Source: Callorhinchus milii (Eukaryota). Taken from it: a stretch of DNA of 64,000 bases. Positions 37,610 through 50,666 of this stretch are shown here, piece by piece (within the stretch, counting starts at the first letter, position 1; the number at the start of each line of letters is the position of its first letter). The stretch is taken from contig NW_024704742.1 in the NCBI RefSeq assembly GCF_018977255.1, positions 31,188,001 to 31,252,000 on the forward strand, read 5' to 3'. The notes under the pieces are model-generated. The model ran no database searches. It was not told where the DNA came from and saw nothing but the letters and a program-made list of their open reading frames with translations. Position numbers and translations under genes: made by a program.

Positions 37610-38255
37610 ATCAATAATCCTTGTTCTTGAATTGTATGTAGCACCTATAACATTAGGAATGCCACAAAGCACTTCACCATATTTTTGTAAAGTGTACTGA
37701 ATGTGTTTTTGTGGGAGAACTCACCAGTCACATTTCCCCTTAGCAATGGCCCACAAACAATCATGAAATCAATGCCCATTTTTTAATGTGTAGGATTGTT
37801 GGTCAGGAGACCATAAAGAACTCTTCTGTTTTCGAATAGTGCCATGGGATCTTTAACAGTTACCTGAATGGCAGACAGGACCTCAGTTTAATATCTCATC
37901 CAAAGGACCTTTGAACATACTGTAGAATGGCTCACCCTGGTCCAATTGACACAGAGTCGGATCGTTATTTCTAAGATTAGGTCAAAGAACTGACTTTAAA
38001 GGACATTACTCCAATATTAAACACTTTCCAAAGTGAGGGAGCTGCCAAATACACAGTCACTACACTGAACCATATTTACTGTGAAGTACATTGATAGATT
38101 TCGAAGTGATAACGTGTTAAATCAAATGCAAGGATTGCTGTTGTTATTAATGACACGGTAGGCCAAATAACTTCCTTTTGTGTTGCAAATGTCTATGTTA
38201 CAATATTTCTAACACCTCTAACAATGTAGCACACCCAGCACTGCACTGGAGTGTG
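37610..38255 (-). mobile_element. Old Deu-type SINE interrupted by a ~300-bp templated insertion (about 37909-38211)
   Basis: SINE sequence stops at tcatccaaaggac (37908) and resumes at acacctctaacaatgtagcac (38212). Confidence 0.75.
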
Positions 38256-38679
38256 AGGAGTAGCAGTCTAATTTGTTCCACGTTTATTTAAAAATGTTCT
38301 CTCCTTATAGACTTCTCGTCACTGCCTGATAGGGTGGTCTGTGTGTGTAGATATCTCTGTCAATGTAACTCTGTGTCAATTGGACCAGGGTGAGCTATTC
38401 TACAATATGTTCGTTCTTTCTCCCTTTCTTCCAGCAGAGGATGTTTTGGCTCAGCTGTGCCCTGTGACGTACAGTCTCAGCTTTGGTGTGTGACAAAATA
38501 ATAATAATCCTTATAATAATCCTTATCATTTCATTGAGACGTCTCAAAGCGCTTGATAGAAACATGCAGTCTCAACCAAAGTGTGTGACATACAGTCTGA
38601 ACCGTAGCCTGTGATGTACAGGTTCAGCCAAAATTAGACAAAAACTCACTCAACTGAAACAAGTGAGTTAGGATAACAG

Positions 38680-38750
38680 GCAGCCCAGGGACTTGAACCC
38701 ATGACCTTCTGCTTAAAAGTCAAGTACTCAACCGCTTGAGCTGTGGAACT
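38680..38750 (-). pseudogene. tRNA-Lys(UUU)-like remnant (pseudogene or SINE head)
   Basis: Minus strand agctcaagcggttgagtacttgacttttaagcagaaggtcatgggttcaagtccctg aligns with vertebrate tRNA-Lys(TTT); the anticodon stem does not pair. Confidence 0.55.
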
Positions 38751-38759
38751 GCATTCAAT

Positions 38760-40480
38760 TACAGTCTTAATTTAAACTGCAAAATGTCTGTCAGATTCAA
38801 TACTATGTATGTCAAGCTATTATGCAGAGCAAAATTTAATTTGCCAAGGAATGAAGATTAAGCCAGGGAAGATCAATTTAACTGGCACGATTCTCAAATC
38901 TGGACTGTATCAAACCCTGCAGCAAACCTCCTTAACTCCATGTCAGCTGATGCCTTTGGATCTCTGCACGTGAGAAGTTGACACAGTCAGTGCTACGTGA
39001 GCCATTGATGGAGACCGGCGATTATTGATAGACGTGGTGGTTGATTGTTTGCACTTGCTTTGTTTTCAGCCCATCTTCTGCTTCTACTAAATAACACAGG
39101 CAATGCCTCCCCTGAGCTGATGTCCACAGGTACATTCCTTCTCACTCGGCCTGTGAGTAGGTATCAATTAGAAAGCAACTGCGGAAAAAAAATTGCGCCC
39201 TTCTCCCCTTTCCTCTTTGAGTTCGGCTACTCAATGAATATTGTCCCGATTTTTACAGAAATAACACACTTAACTGAAAAAAAATTGCTTTCTCTTGTTT
39301 CACTAGCCAGAGATTTTGATTAAGTATGTTGGAGCTATGAATACATTAAAAGCAGTAATGTTGTAATTGGGATGTCATGACTGTGTATTGGCGCATTTAA
39401 TCGCCAGCTTCGTTGCACTTGGTAACCTTATTTTTTAATACTTCCCCCTATCCCCCCTCTCTCTCGCTCCCTGACACTCGAAAGCTATCTGTCCTGTAAG
39501 CTTCACAAGTTCCCGTTAAAATGAATGCTTTCTTTTAATTTCTTTGGATGATATTGGCCCGGCTCTGGGACGATTCTGATGGATGATGTTTTAATGCAGC
39601 TGAATGTTATTCCACTGAACCAGAGAAACGATAAATTTCGCTTCATTGGCACTGATCACACTATGCATAAAGTACTGTGGCTTCCATTGCCTGTGAATAA
39701 TCACCCCTCACAGCAGATGTTCCTTCAGAAACCAATTCTTTGGTGAAGAATTGTGGAAGATTAATTGTCTACAGCTGTTTCATGGCCCAGAGCAATCTTG
39801 ATACATTTATGATAAGTTTAAGAGCTCACCAGAGGCAACACAAATTCCCTGGTGTGTGGGGAGGCTTTATTCTAACACCTGGATTCATATGTCGTGTCTG
39901 CTTCATTACAATCGTTATATACAAGTATAATATCTCGAGTTTTAAGCGATTGTGCAAAGGTGTGGTGTCTGCCCGAAAAAAAAAAGAGAGGGGGAATTAT
40001 TCAAATTTGTGCAAATGAATTTGTTCCATTTTTTTTCTTTCTTTCTTTCCCCTCCGCTGAATTGAAATTGAAAGTCACCTGCCACGACCTTGCTTTGTGC
40101 GAGGCATTGGCAATTGAGGGCTTGCTGGAGCTCGGATCAGCAGGTACGCAGAGTAAACTCATAAAAGCCAGGCTACAGCCTCATTAGAGAGCCTGTTACT
40201 GTGAGCCCTCGCTGTGCAGGATTCATTTCAATTATTTCAAAGAATACAAAGATGCCCCGACCCGCTGAAGTCTACAATATGATTTATTCTGTTTGCACTT
40301 AGCTCCCTTCGTTGCGGGTTTTGCCGACAACAGTGGCAAAGAGACGGGGTGGGTACAATGTTTAACCTTTTAATGAGGTGTTGAGTTCAGAGGTCTCACC
40401 CCACCATTTCCAAATTGACAGGATACTTTTTTTTTTAAAAAATGGCTTCAAGGTAACTTGAGACGTCGCGTGTCCGAAAC
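38760..40480. promoter_or_regulatory. Repeat-free island, candidate conserved non-coding enhancer cluster
   Basis: About 1.7 kb without recognisable TE, rich in TAAT/ATTA and CAATTG motifs, no credible ORF. Function is inferred. Confidence 0.4.
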
Positions 40481-42694
40481 AATTTGATATTGAGATTATT
40501 GAAATAATCCTTTCAAAAAACCCCTAAAATAAATAATAATTTAGTCACTCAATCCAAGACTGTATGTGGGAGGGACACTGTTGTGCGCAATTGGCAGCTG
40601 CGCTTCACCCACAAAATATACAGTCAATTCACTTTACAGTATATTCTGTGAAGCGCCTTGAGACATCTCAACGTGATAAAACACTATATCAAATACAAGG
40701 ATTATTATTATGAATTCAGACTGTGGGTTAGTATGTGGGTGAAATCAGTTTCCAGCTTAATATCGAATGTGTTGTGAAATTTAGCAAATCTAATGATGTT
40801 AATAATAATAATAATCTACCCATATTATACATTGAATTTCACTATCAAAACTGATGTCCTCTCCACTTTGGGTGGTTTCAGCAGTTGCATTTGGGCCTTT
40901 TTGTGGATATCGCATGTCGAGGTAAAATTTGCGATGTTCGCTAAGTATCCCTGGCATAAAAGTACTCCAAGGAAAGTTAGTGATGCTACATAAGATGTTT
41001 AGCGTGAGACAGACACTAGGTGGCAGCACCCTTCACCCAGCATGACCCTATACGGGCACGGGGTTTCAGCTCTACCTTTGCTGTGAATCCCAAGAGGATC
41101 TCAAAGAAGTTACAGGCACGGTGTGATCGTTAAATTGTTCGTTCCCATTTCTACTTGTATTTTTACCTTAACATTGCGAATCACAGAAAAATTCACCTTC
41201 TCTCCCCAAGTAATTCTTGTGCCACTTTGAGGTCTTAGGCTATTCCAGACCTTATGGGACAGAGGAATTTGGTCACTCCAGAACCATTCTCATGAATGGA
41301 GGAGACCGAGGGAGACTCACCACTGTACAACGCTCTGAGACGTTATCCTGTATGAAGGGTGCTACATGCAAGTTATTGTTGACTTGATGGAGTTATTTAG
41401 CCCTATTTCCAACAATTTCCAGTCCATCTTTGTGAAGTGCTTTAAGACGGTTAAGTATATGAAAGATGCTATATAGGTACAAATTGTTAATATTTTGAAG
41501 TTTTGGAAGATTTGGGTTCAGATCTTTTTTTTTTGCCACGTATCGAGTTCAAGAACAAGGCATGTTCCAATTGGTAGAGCAAGAAACCAGAAAGGTTTAA
41601 AAAAGGAAATGGACATCTTCCTGCCAGTGGAAAGGATTTACCGTTATTTTGTTTGGAGTCAGAAGGAAAGAATTTTTTGTAGATAATTATAATAATCCTT
41701 ACATTTACATTTGATATGGCACCTTATCGCCTTGGAACGTCCTCCCGACACGCTGTACAATTGTAATTTGTTGTTATCACATTGTCAAGGCGTCACAGAA
41801 TATACTCTGCACTTCACAGGTTATACTGTATCTGGAGAAACTCCCTTCTCTTTCCTAAAAGTGCTATGGGAGATTTAATGTCCATAAGAACAGGCAGATG
41901 GGACAATCGGTTTAATGTCTCACCTCAACAATATCACCCCCGACATTGCAGAATGTCTTCAGCACTCCGCTGGAGTGCCAGCTCAGACTATGTGACTATA
42001 TTTAGATAGGTAGATTTGGTGGACTGATGGTCAACTCTTGCCTGATGCTATTACCAAGTAAATGTTATCATGATCACTCTGTTGAGGTCCAATATGCTCA
42101 TTTTGAATGGCTTTCATGTAATCACTGTGAAAAGCCAATTAAGGAAATGACATCCGTTAATTCAGAATTAAAATGTGTAATTGCTCTTTGTGTCACCTGG
42201 GATCATATTTACGTCAAACACAATTTTTCTTTGTTTGGCTTGAGCAGAACGGAAGAAAATAGAAGAGTCACACATCATTATGTGGCTGCAACAGATAAAG
42301 AAAATTTATTTTACAAAAGGGAATTTTTACTCTATAAAAACTGTTATTAGTTTTGCTCTCTCCTGAGTGACTATTTCAGAGGTTAGTCACATCTTTAGTA
42401 TCTGTCAGAGAGTGATGGAGGCTGGTAATGCAATATGTCCTCACTTCTTTCTATGCCAGTGATAATCTAGACCCAGTTGAAATTTGTCACACATAATGGC
42501 AGATGTGTTTTCAGGAAAGATAAGATTAATAATATTAATCCTTACATTTGATATAGCACCTTATCATGTGGTTGAGACATCTCAAAGAGCTTCATAGAGT
42601 ATACTGTAATGTGGATTGACTGTATTTTGTGGGCAAAACATGGCAGCCAGTTGCGCAACAGCAATGTCCCACAAATAGCCATGGAATAGTTATT

Positions 42695-43905
42695 TTGACA
42701 CCATTGACCACGCTATGCTCATCCACCTCCTCTCCTCTTATCTGAACCTTCATGGTTCTGTCCTTGAATGGATCAGATCGTACCTCTCACACCACCTCCA
42801 CTTCATCTCCACAAACAGTTTCTCCTCTAGCCCCCTCACCGTCTCATTCGGCATTCCTCAGGGCTCTGTTCTTGGTCCCCTCCTTTTCAATATCTATATG
42901 CTCCCTCTTGGTGACATCATCCAAAGACATGGGATCAACTTGCACATGTCTATGGATGACACCCAACTGTACCTCTCTGTCTCCATCCTTGACTCCAGGA
43001 CCACTGCTGTCCTGACAGAATGTCCTGGATGGGAGCTAACTTTCTTTAGTTGAAGGTCAACAAGATCGAGACTCTCATGATTGGCTTCCATCAGTGCCTC
43101 CTCACCTAAGGCACTGACATCATCGCTATCCATGGATTCACACTCCACCTTACAAAGCCAGTCCGGAACTTTGGTGTCTTGTTTGGCCCTCAACTATCCT
43201 TTCTACCCCACATCTATGCCATGACACCCTCTGCCTTCCCAACCTCTGCAACATCACCCAGCTCTGCCACTGTCTCACGCCACAGGCCGCCGAAACCTTC
43301 ATACATTCATTCATAACATCCAGGCTTGCCTATGCAAACTCCTTGCTTGTCGGCCTCCCCAACTCCTCCCTCCACAGGCTACAGATCATCCAGAACTCTG
43401 CAGCCCGTGTCCTCCCCCGTTCCAGGTTCCGTGACCCTATAGCTCCCATCCTCGCCTGACTCCACTGGCTTCCCATCACACAGAGGATACAGTTCAAGAT
43501 TCTGGTCCTCATCTTCAAAGCCCTCCAAGGCCTCGCTCCCCTCTACCTCTGTGACCTCCTAACCCCTTACCATCCTTCCAGCTCCCTCCGTTCAGCGGGC
43601 TCCGGCCTGCTTCATGTCCTCCGCCTCGCCTGCCCTACCATTGGCGGATGGGCCTTCTGCCACTTTGCCCCCACCCTCTGGAACTCCATCCCATTGTTCC
43701 TCTGCCTCGTCTCCTCCCTTGCCTCCTTCAAGACGTATCTCAAAACCCTCCTCTTCGACCGTGCTTAAGATCACCCTGCTTCCCCCCTGCCCCCCCCACC
43801 CTAATCCCGACCCCTAACTCGGGTCCAAAACACTCACTGTCCAGCGCCTTGGGACGTCCTCCCAATGTGAAAGGCGCTATACAAATGTAAATTTGTTGTC
43901 GTTGT
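42695..43905 (+). mobile_element. L2 LINE fragment, RT to 3' end
   Basis: [13 protein letters not shown] and DDTQLY motifs; tail with stem-loop. Confidence 0.92.
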
Positions 43906-45048
43906 TATGGGGGATTATTGGCCAGGACACTGTAAGAAACTCCCTTCTCTTCAAAGAATAGAAGGGTCTGCTTCATCAGAACCTCTCTTGTGATCTTGTG
44001 AGATCAAGGAAAGTTGATTTCTATGCTTCTGAACAGCTCTGCTCTGCAGTGCCAAATGACAGTCAGTTTTATTAAGTTATAAAACAACTGAGAGAATGAC
44101 TGGGTCTCTATTAATGCTAAAAACCTAAAGGGTAGTGCAAAGCACTGCCCAGGAATTTTTAATCTCACATTTTGCAATTGGCTGCAATAAAACTGGAGTT
44201 ACAGTCCAGACATTCTCATCAATTTAGCTCTGAAACCACCTCCTGGAATCCAATTCATGTCACTTAACCAGGAATTATAATGTACTTTTAGTGTTGATTT
44301 TATGCAGAAACTGCTTTAAATAGTCATGCAGTATATAGCATGAGGACTTGGCTCACTTGACAGAAGCACTCTCATCTCTGGCTCAGCAGGTTGCAACTTC
44401 AAACTCCTCAAGAGGGATATAACATTTTAAATGGAATGGAAAAAGTAAATCCTGGTCTACACTTTGGATGCAACAACAAAATTACATTTGTATAGCACCT
44501 TTCACGTCGGGAGGATGTCCCAAGAAGCTGGAGACAATGGAACAAAAGGACATACGTTTAGAGTTGTAAAGGGCAACTTCAGGACAGATACCAGGAAGGT
44601 TTTCTTTTAAGGGAGGGTAATTAACGACTGAAATAGGTTGCCAGGAAGGATGACCATAACAACAAACTACTTTAATAAGCAGCTTAATGTTGTGATGGGA
44701 GGACTGTAGGGTGGGTATTGTGGAAAGATAATAATAGTACTGATCCTGACATTTGATATAGTGCCTTATCATGTCTTCAAGACATATCAAAGTGCTTCAC
44801 AGAATATACTGTAAAGTAAATTGACTATATTTTGTGGGCGAAACGTGGCAGCCAATTGTGCACACACAAGATCAGATGGGCCGAAGGGCTTTTGTTATCT
44901 AAACTAATCTTGTGAACAGGACTTGAGTTCAAAGTCTAGGCTGATTATCCTGCAATCTTGGTGGAGTGCTGTGCTGATAGACTCTTTTCTATGAAGTGGT
45001 GAAGCGATTATCAATGCTGTTCTCTGGGAAACCGTTTTAAGTCGACTT

Positions 45049-45220
45049 TAATAATAATAATAATCCTTGCATTTGATACAGTGCCTTATCACATTGTTGA
45101 GATATCTCAAAGCACTTCACAGAATATCCTGAAAAGTATTGACTATGTATTTTGTGGGCGAAACGTAGCAGCCAATTGCGCACAGCAGTGTCCCACAAAC
45201 AATCGTGGATTGAGTGACCA
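45049..45220 (-). mobile_element. SINE 3' half
   Basis: Reverse tail and core. Confidence 0.85.
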
Positions 45221-45837
45221 AACTTTGTTCTGATGTCCCATGAAGCAGCACTGAAATGCAAAAGCAGCACAGTCATCAACCGTGATAGCAGTGCTGAAAT
45301 GTTCAACCATTCTCTCTAAGTCGGTGAGGATGGCAGTGGTTCAGGTGGTTCAATGTTTACTAATCATCAGAAACTGCAGTGTTTCTTTAACAGATTTGTG
45401 AGGAGAAATTCCATCTGCGCCTAGGTTTACCCTATTTGTGTAGCATTTTAGAGCATTCAGAATTTGGAAAATTGACGAAAATTCGGTCTTAACTTTGAAT
45501 TTGTTTTTCTGTTTCTTCTTGAAAGAACTTAGGAACAAACAACTTCAAAATTATGGTCGTATTTAAGAATTTGCCAAACTATGGCCACTCTGAATTGTTA
45601 CATAAACAGAGTAAATCTAGACCTAGATGGAATTTTGCTCCACACATCTGCTAGGAAACATCACAATTTTCATCCCATGAGTCTATGATTCATCTCTTCC
45701 CCTGGAGGTTGTCTCCCTATAGAAGAACATGTAGATTAGAGGGGACAAAGGTCATATCTAAGAACTCTGTGGACCTGTTCTCCTACTAAGGTTCCCCTCA
45801 GTCCACATGGATTATTCAATGCACATTTAAAGGATAA

Positions 45838-46238
45838 TGGTAATAATATTCCTTGTATTTCATATTGCTTTATCACGTCGTCGAGATATCTCAAAACGCT
45901 TTACAGGATATACTGTAAAGTGGATTGACTGTGTATTTTGTGGGCGAATCGTGGCAGCCAGTTTGTGCACAGCAGTGTCCCACAAACAGCCATGGACCAA
46001 TTTTATTTAGGGGATTTCTCTTTTAAAATAGTTAAGCAGTTCTCTTTTAAAATAGTGCCATGGGATTTTTAATGTCCACCTGAACAGGCAGACAGGAACT
46101 TGGTTAACGTCTCATCCAACACCGCAAGCACTACACTTAAATGTTAGCCTAGATTGTATGTTCAGAGGACCAATATGGGGCTTCAACCACAACCTTCTGA
46201 TGCAGAGGCGAGAGTGTTACCAACTGAGCTAGGCTCAC
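45838..46238 (-). mobile_element. Deu-domain-type SINE, near full length
   Basis: Reverse tail, core and head (acaaccttctga...gagagtgttaccaactgagc). Confidence 0.8.
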
Positions 46239-46642
46239 ATTTATTCAGTAGGAAGAGAATCTGATTTACTCTTTGTCATTGTTATTTTGTGCACTCTCTA
46301 TCCGTGAGATGAGTATTTCTGCAGCAGTATGATATGGCTGTCTTCTCACCGGAGTTTGGCCCAAATATTTTTTTATATAGCTTTAATTGTGCCCATGAGA
46401 ATTGATAAATTACACTTGCTGCTAAGTAAAAGGCAGTGCAGCATATGCTTCAGTCTAACTCCATCATTCAGGCAGTCTTACTGTATGATATAAATTTATA
46501 TCCATATACATAATCAGTGCGTTTAGAGTAGCTTCAGGATTGAACAATTTGTAAGGTACAGGAGGAATTGTGCTTCATGGTTGATGTTCCTGGCATAACA
46601 ACATTATTGGCATCAATACGTTGTCAATTGGCACATACTCGT

Positions 46643-46985
46643 GTAATCCTATAGCATAGTGGTTAGCGCTCTCGCCTAGCAAGTGAGAGGACCCGGGCTT
46701 GATTCCCGGGTGTGGCAAAACATTAGTTTTCTTACTCCACACGACTCTGTTTATCTAAGAGTAAATGGTAACCTGTTTTTTAGTCGATTGGCGGATCGCT
46801 TGCCGGGGGAAATAGTCTCTCAAAAAAGAATATACAACTGTTTGTGGGACACTGTTGTGTGCAATTGGCTGCTGCATTTTGCCCACAAAATATACAGTGA
46901 ATCCATTTGACAATATTTATCCTTGAAGAGCTTCGAGACGTCTCAAAGCCCCAATAAGGCGCTATATCAAATGCAAGGATTATTA
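46643..46985 (+). mobile_element. tRNA-derived SINE, long variant
   Basis: Head, ctctgtttatctaagagtaaatggtaacc segment, core and tail. Confidence 0.85.
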
Positions 46986-49584
46986 GTAATATTACTCTTT
47001 AGGGAAAACTAAGCTTGGACCAGCTCCTTTTCTGAAATGGTTATATATTATTTGCCCAGGAGGGACTGAGTGACCAGCACCACGAGAGATGTGGTGGTAA
47101 TACATTGCAATGGAGATAGAGTGGGATCAAACTCTTTCAGGAATGTAGTTGATGGATCTCAGGGCCTTTTATCGCTCCTTCCTGTGTGTGTATCTATAGT
47201 CAACAACAACAAATTACGTCTGGAGGACGGCCCAAAGTGCTGGACAGTCAAGGATGTGGGGGTTGGGATCAGGAGGGGTGGAGGGCAGTGTTAGCAGTTA
47301 AACCTGTTCAAGCAACCACTTCCATTCAGCAACCATCCCCTGATAATAACCACCTGGCACAGCCCTTTCAGCATGTGTTCACACATCAACAAACCCTTAC
47401 TCAGAGGCCACCCTTATACGAAGGTCACTTTGGCCCATTCTCCTGAAGACAGATTTCACTGTATATGTATCAATGGAACTGCTTCAAGTAACCATTATCA
47501 TAAACACCCTTCACTTGGAGATCCTATATGTTCTGACAGTTTTGCATTTCATCTGTGACCCTTGTTCCTTTTCAAGTAGAACATCTTGGAGTTGTTCCTT
47601 TTATAAACAGGACACATAATCCCAACAATTTCCAATTATCCATTAAAACCACAGTTTGTTAATCGAATAAGCCAAGACTCCTCTTTGTATTGTAGTAATC
47701 TTTCCAGCAAATAAATCCAAACAGTCTGGTTTCATTAGCAAAGCCATAATAAGGTAATGTGTTTGACTTTGAAGCATCCTGCATTCCAAAGAACATCAAT
47801 ATATTAGAAAATATTGCTGTAGCTGCCAGATTGTTCAAGGCAGACAATGCAAGTGGCTAGACAGCTGAGGAGACATGCTCCCCATCACGGAGATCACTAG
47901 TCGCAACCTTGCTTGCACTTCAGCCTAATGGCTTGAACAGTTTGCCAAGATGTGCCCACCGCTGCTTATAGGCAGTCCTGTAATTAGGTGGACTGTGTAG
48001 AAATAATGGGCTGGATGACCTCCTTCATTGCTGAAAGTGTTGTGATTTTATGGTTCTGATGTTTCACCAACTCTTTTCAACTTTGGTAGTGTCCTGCACC
48101 ATGAGAACATCTGAGTGCTTACAACAGTGAATTGGCCATAAGACACTAATTAAAAAGAAGGAAAGTCAGGTCAGTTTTTAATTAGAGCTGGGTTTCCCTT
48201 GACCCAGCTTCCCTTCCGTATGTTATAATAATATAATAATAATCCTTGCATTTGATATAGCGCCTTATTACATCATCGAGATGTCTCAAAGCGCTTCACA
48301 GAATATACTGTAAAGTGAATTTACTGTATATTTTGTGGGCGAAACACGGCAGCCAATCGTGCACAGTTTTTGGTTGTTTGAAGTTGAGTAAAAGAAAACG
48401 GCTTCAATCCGGTCTAACTCTACCTTTTGATTTTGACTAAATTGGAGTTAGTTCACCCTTGTTAATAAATTGACAGATCTCAACAGTGTATACTTAGGAT
48501 GGGATTTTCCCACTAGAAGCCCTCTTTGCCAATTACAGTAGATTTACTGATCAGTGGAAAATAGCCCCCAATGAGTCTTTTTCCTGGAAGAATGATCTGA
48601 GTGCTTACACCAATGATTTGGCACAATAGATGCTGCTTGTTTAGTCAACACTCTCTGTTGGGTCGTGTTGGTTGCTGATGTGAACAGATGGCACAATAAA
48701 GAGTTGGCAGAAGCAGCTGCAAGTGTTCTCCTGATTAATAATGAGTTGTTAGTGTGTCGTTTCAGCTCTCTCAGTGGCATGGAGTAATAGAGGAGAAAAT
48801 ACATTATTTGTTTTATAATTTGGTCGGATTGTTCTGCTTTGGGATGAAACAAAAATTAAAAAGACAAAACTTCTCTTTAGTGAAGACAGAATGAATTCAT
48901 TACTGCAATGCCCCTGCGATTTCTTGTGCCTGTAATTGAGACTGATAATAGGACCAGTATCTCATTTGCACGGGCGAGATGGAATGAGTTGATGGATGAA
49001 TACAAATGAAATAAGAGAAATTTGAAAACAGCATTGAAACATTAACATTTTCTTCATTCTCTTGCAGTCACTTCCTGCTAACTCACCACAACTCGTAAGC
49101 TGGCAATTCAAAAGCAGGACCCTTTGTGACATTACAAGCTTAGTGATGGAATGGTATTCTGTTGCAATAAATGAGGGTCTAATTTGTTTTTTTTAACAGG
49201 ACTTTAAATCACCTAAAAGGGGACTCTTATTGGTAATTGTAATTATGTCATGCTGGCCCATGGGTTCTCCTCTTTTTTTTTGGTCAGCCGGGTGTCCGAC
49301 ACTTGCAGAAAACCATCACCACGTTTAACCAAATCAAAACTGAGAGTTCCATACATCCCACCTATATATGAAAAATACAGAGATATTTGTTGGAATATTT
49401 CTTTCAAAGCACCGTCTAGGCTGATATTTCAGTGCAGTCCTGGTGATGGGTGGGTGGGTGCGGGGAGCATTGGATTGTCAGAGGTGTCGTCCCTCAGATG
49501 AGATATTGAGCTTACAGCATTGAAAGGGGTCATATAGCCCATAGTGTTTGTGTGGTCCTCGCTTCCCCTTGGAGTTAACTATTC

Positions 49585-50037
49585 TGCAGTCCTGTAGCAT
49601 ATTGGTTAGAGCACTCACCTCGCAAGTGACAGGACAGGGTTTGATTCCTGGGAAGGGCAAAACCTTAGGCAAGTTTCCTTAGTCCACACGCCTCTGTTTA
49701 CCTTATTGTATGTAGGAACCTGGTTGTTAGTCGATTGGCTGATCGCTTTCTGAAGGGAATAATAATTGCTCTCCGCCCCCCAAAAATGTGGTCACTGTGC
49801 GCAATTGGCTGCCGCGTTTCCCTACGAAATATACAATCAATTCACTTTACAGTATATTCTGGAAGTGATACGTCTTTGAGAAGTCAGCATGACATAATTC
49901 CAATTACCAATAAGAGCCCCCTTGTAGGTGATTTAAATTCCTTATTAAAAAGTTCTATTAAGAAATACTTAGAGATGTCTAAACAAAGTAATAAGGCGCT
50001 ATATCAAATGCAAGGATTATTATTAATATTATTATTA
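49585..50037 (+). mobile_element. tRNA-derived SINE, long variant, with ~100 bp inserted in the tail
   Basis: Head and core at 49585-49860; the tail resumes near 49965. Confidence 0.8.
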
Positions 50038-50666
50038 TACCGAAGTCCTGACTACCTGTTCAGGTGGGCGTTAAATATTCTGTTTCACTATTTGGAAACA
50101 GCAAAGCTTTCTCCTGGTCTCCTGGCCAATAATCCTCCAGACAAAAAATTGGCATTTTTACTTCATGACTGTCTCTGGGACATCATGTGCAAATTGGATG
50201 TATTTATTCGCTTACAAATAGAGTAACTGCAGTTACACTATATAAAAAAAGTTTATGAAACACTTTGAAATATTTTGATGTGATAAATCTAATGTGATGA
50301 AGATATATCAAATCTAGAGATTATTATTATTATATTATAGTTCTGGGGTGGAATTTGCCAGGCTCAATAAGAATTCTAATGGAATTTCTTATTAAGGAAT
50401 CACATTTAGAAGCGCATCACGATACACCTCCATTATTAAACTTTAGTAACAAGACTCACGATAGCTTGAAACTGCTCTCGATTGTTCACATTGATACATG
50501 CACCTCACCTGCTGTCCTCAGGCATGTAGAAGTATCCCATATTGACTGACAGGGGCATCACCTAACTCAGATGGTTTCATATTGTTACGTTGACCTTTTC
50601 CAAAGGCGACGACATCTAACATAGCATGCATAGAAGGGAAAAGGAAGGAAGCAATTCATTTTAATA

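Noticed and set aside
38455..38635. Possible CRISPR-like array
   Set aside because: Degenerate tandem units with no unique spacers, no cas genes, vertebrate context.
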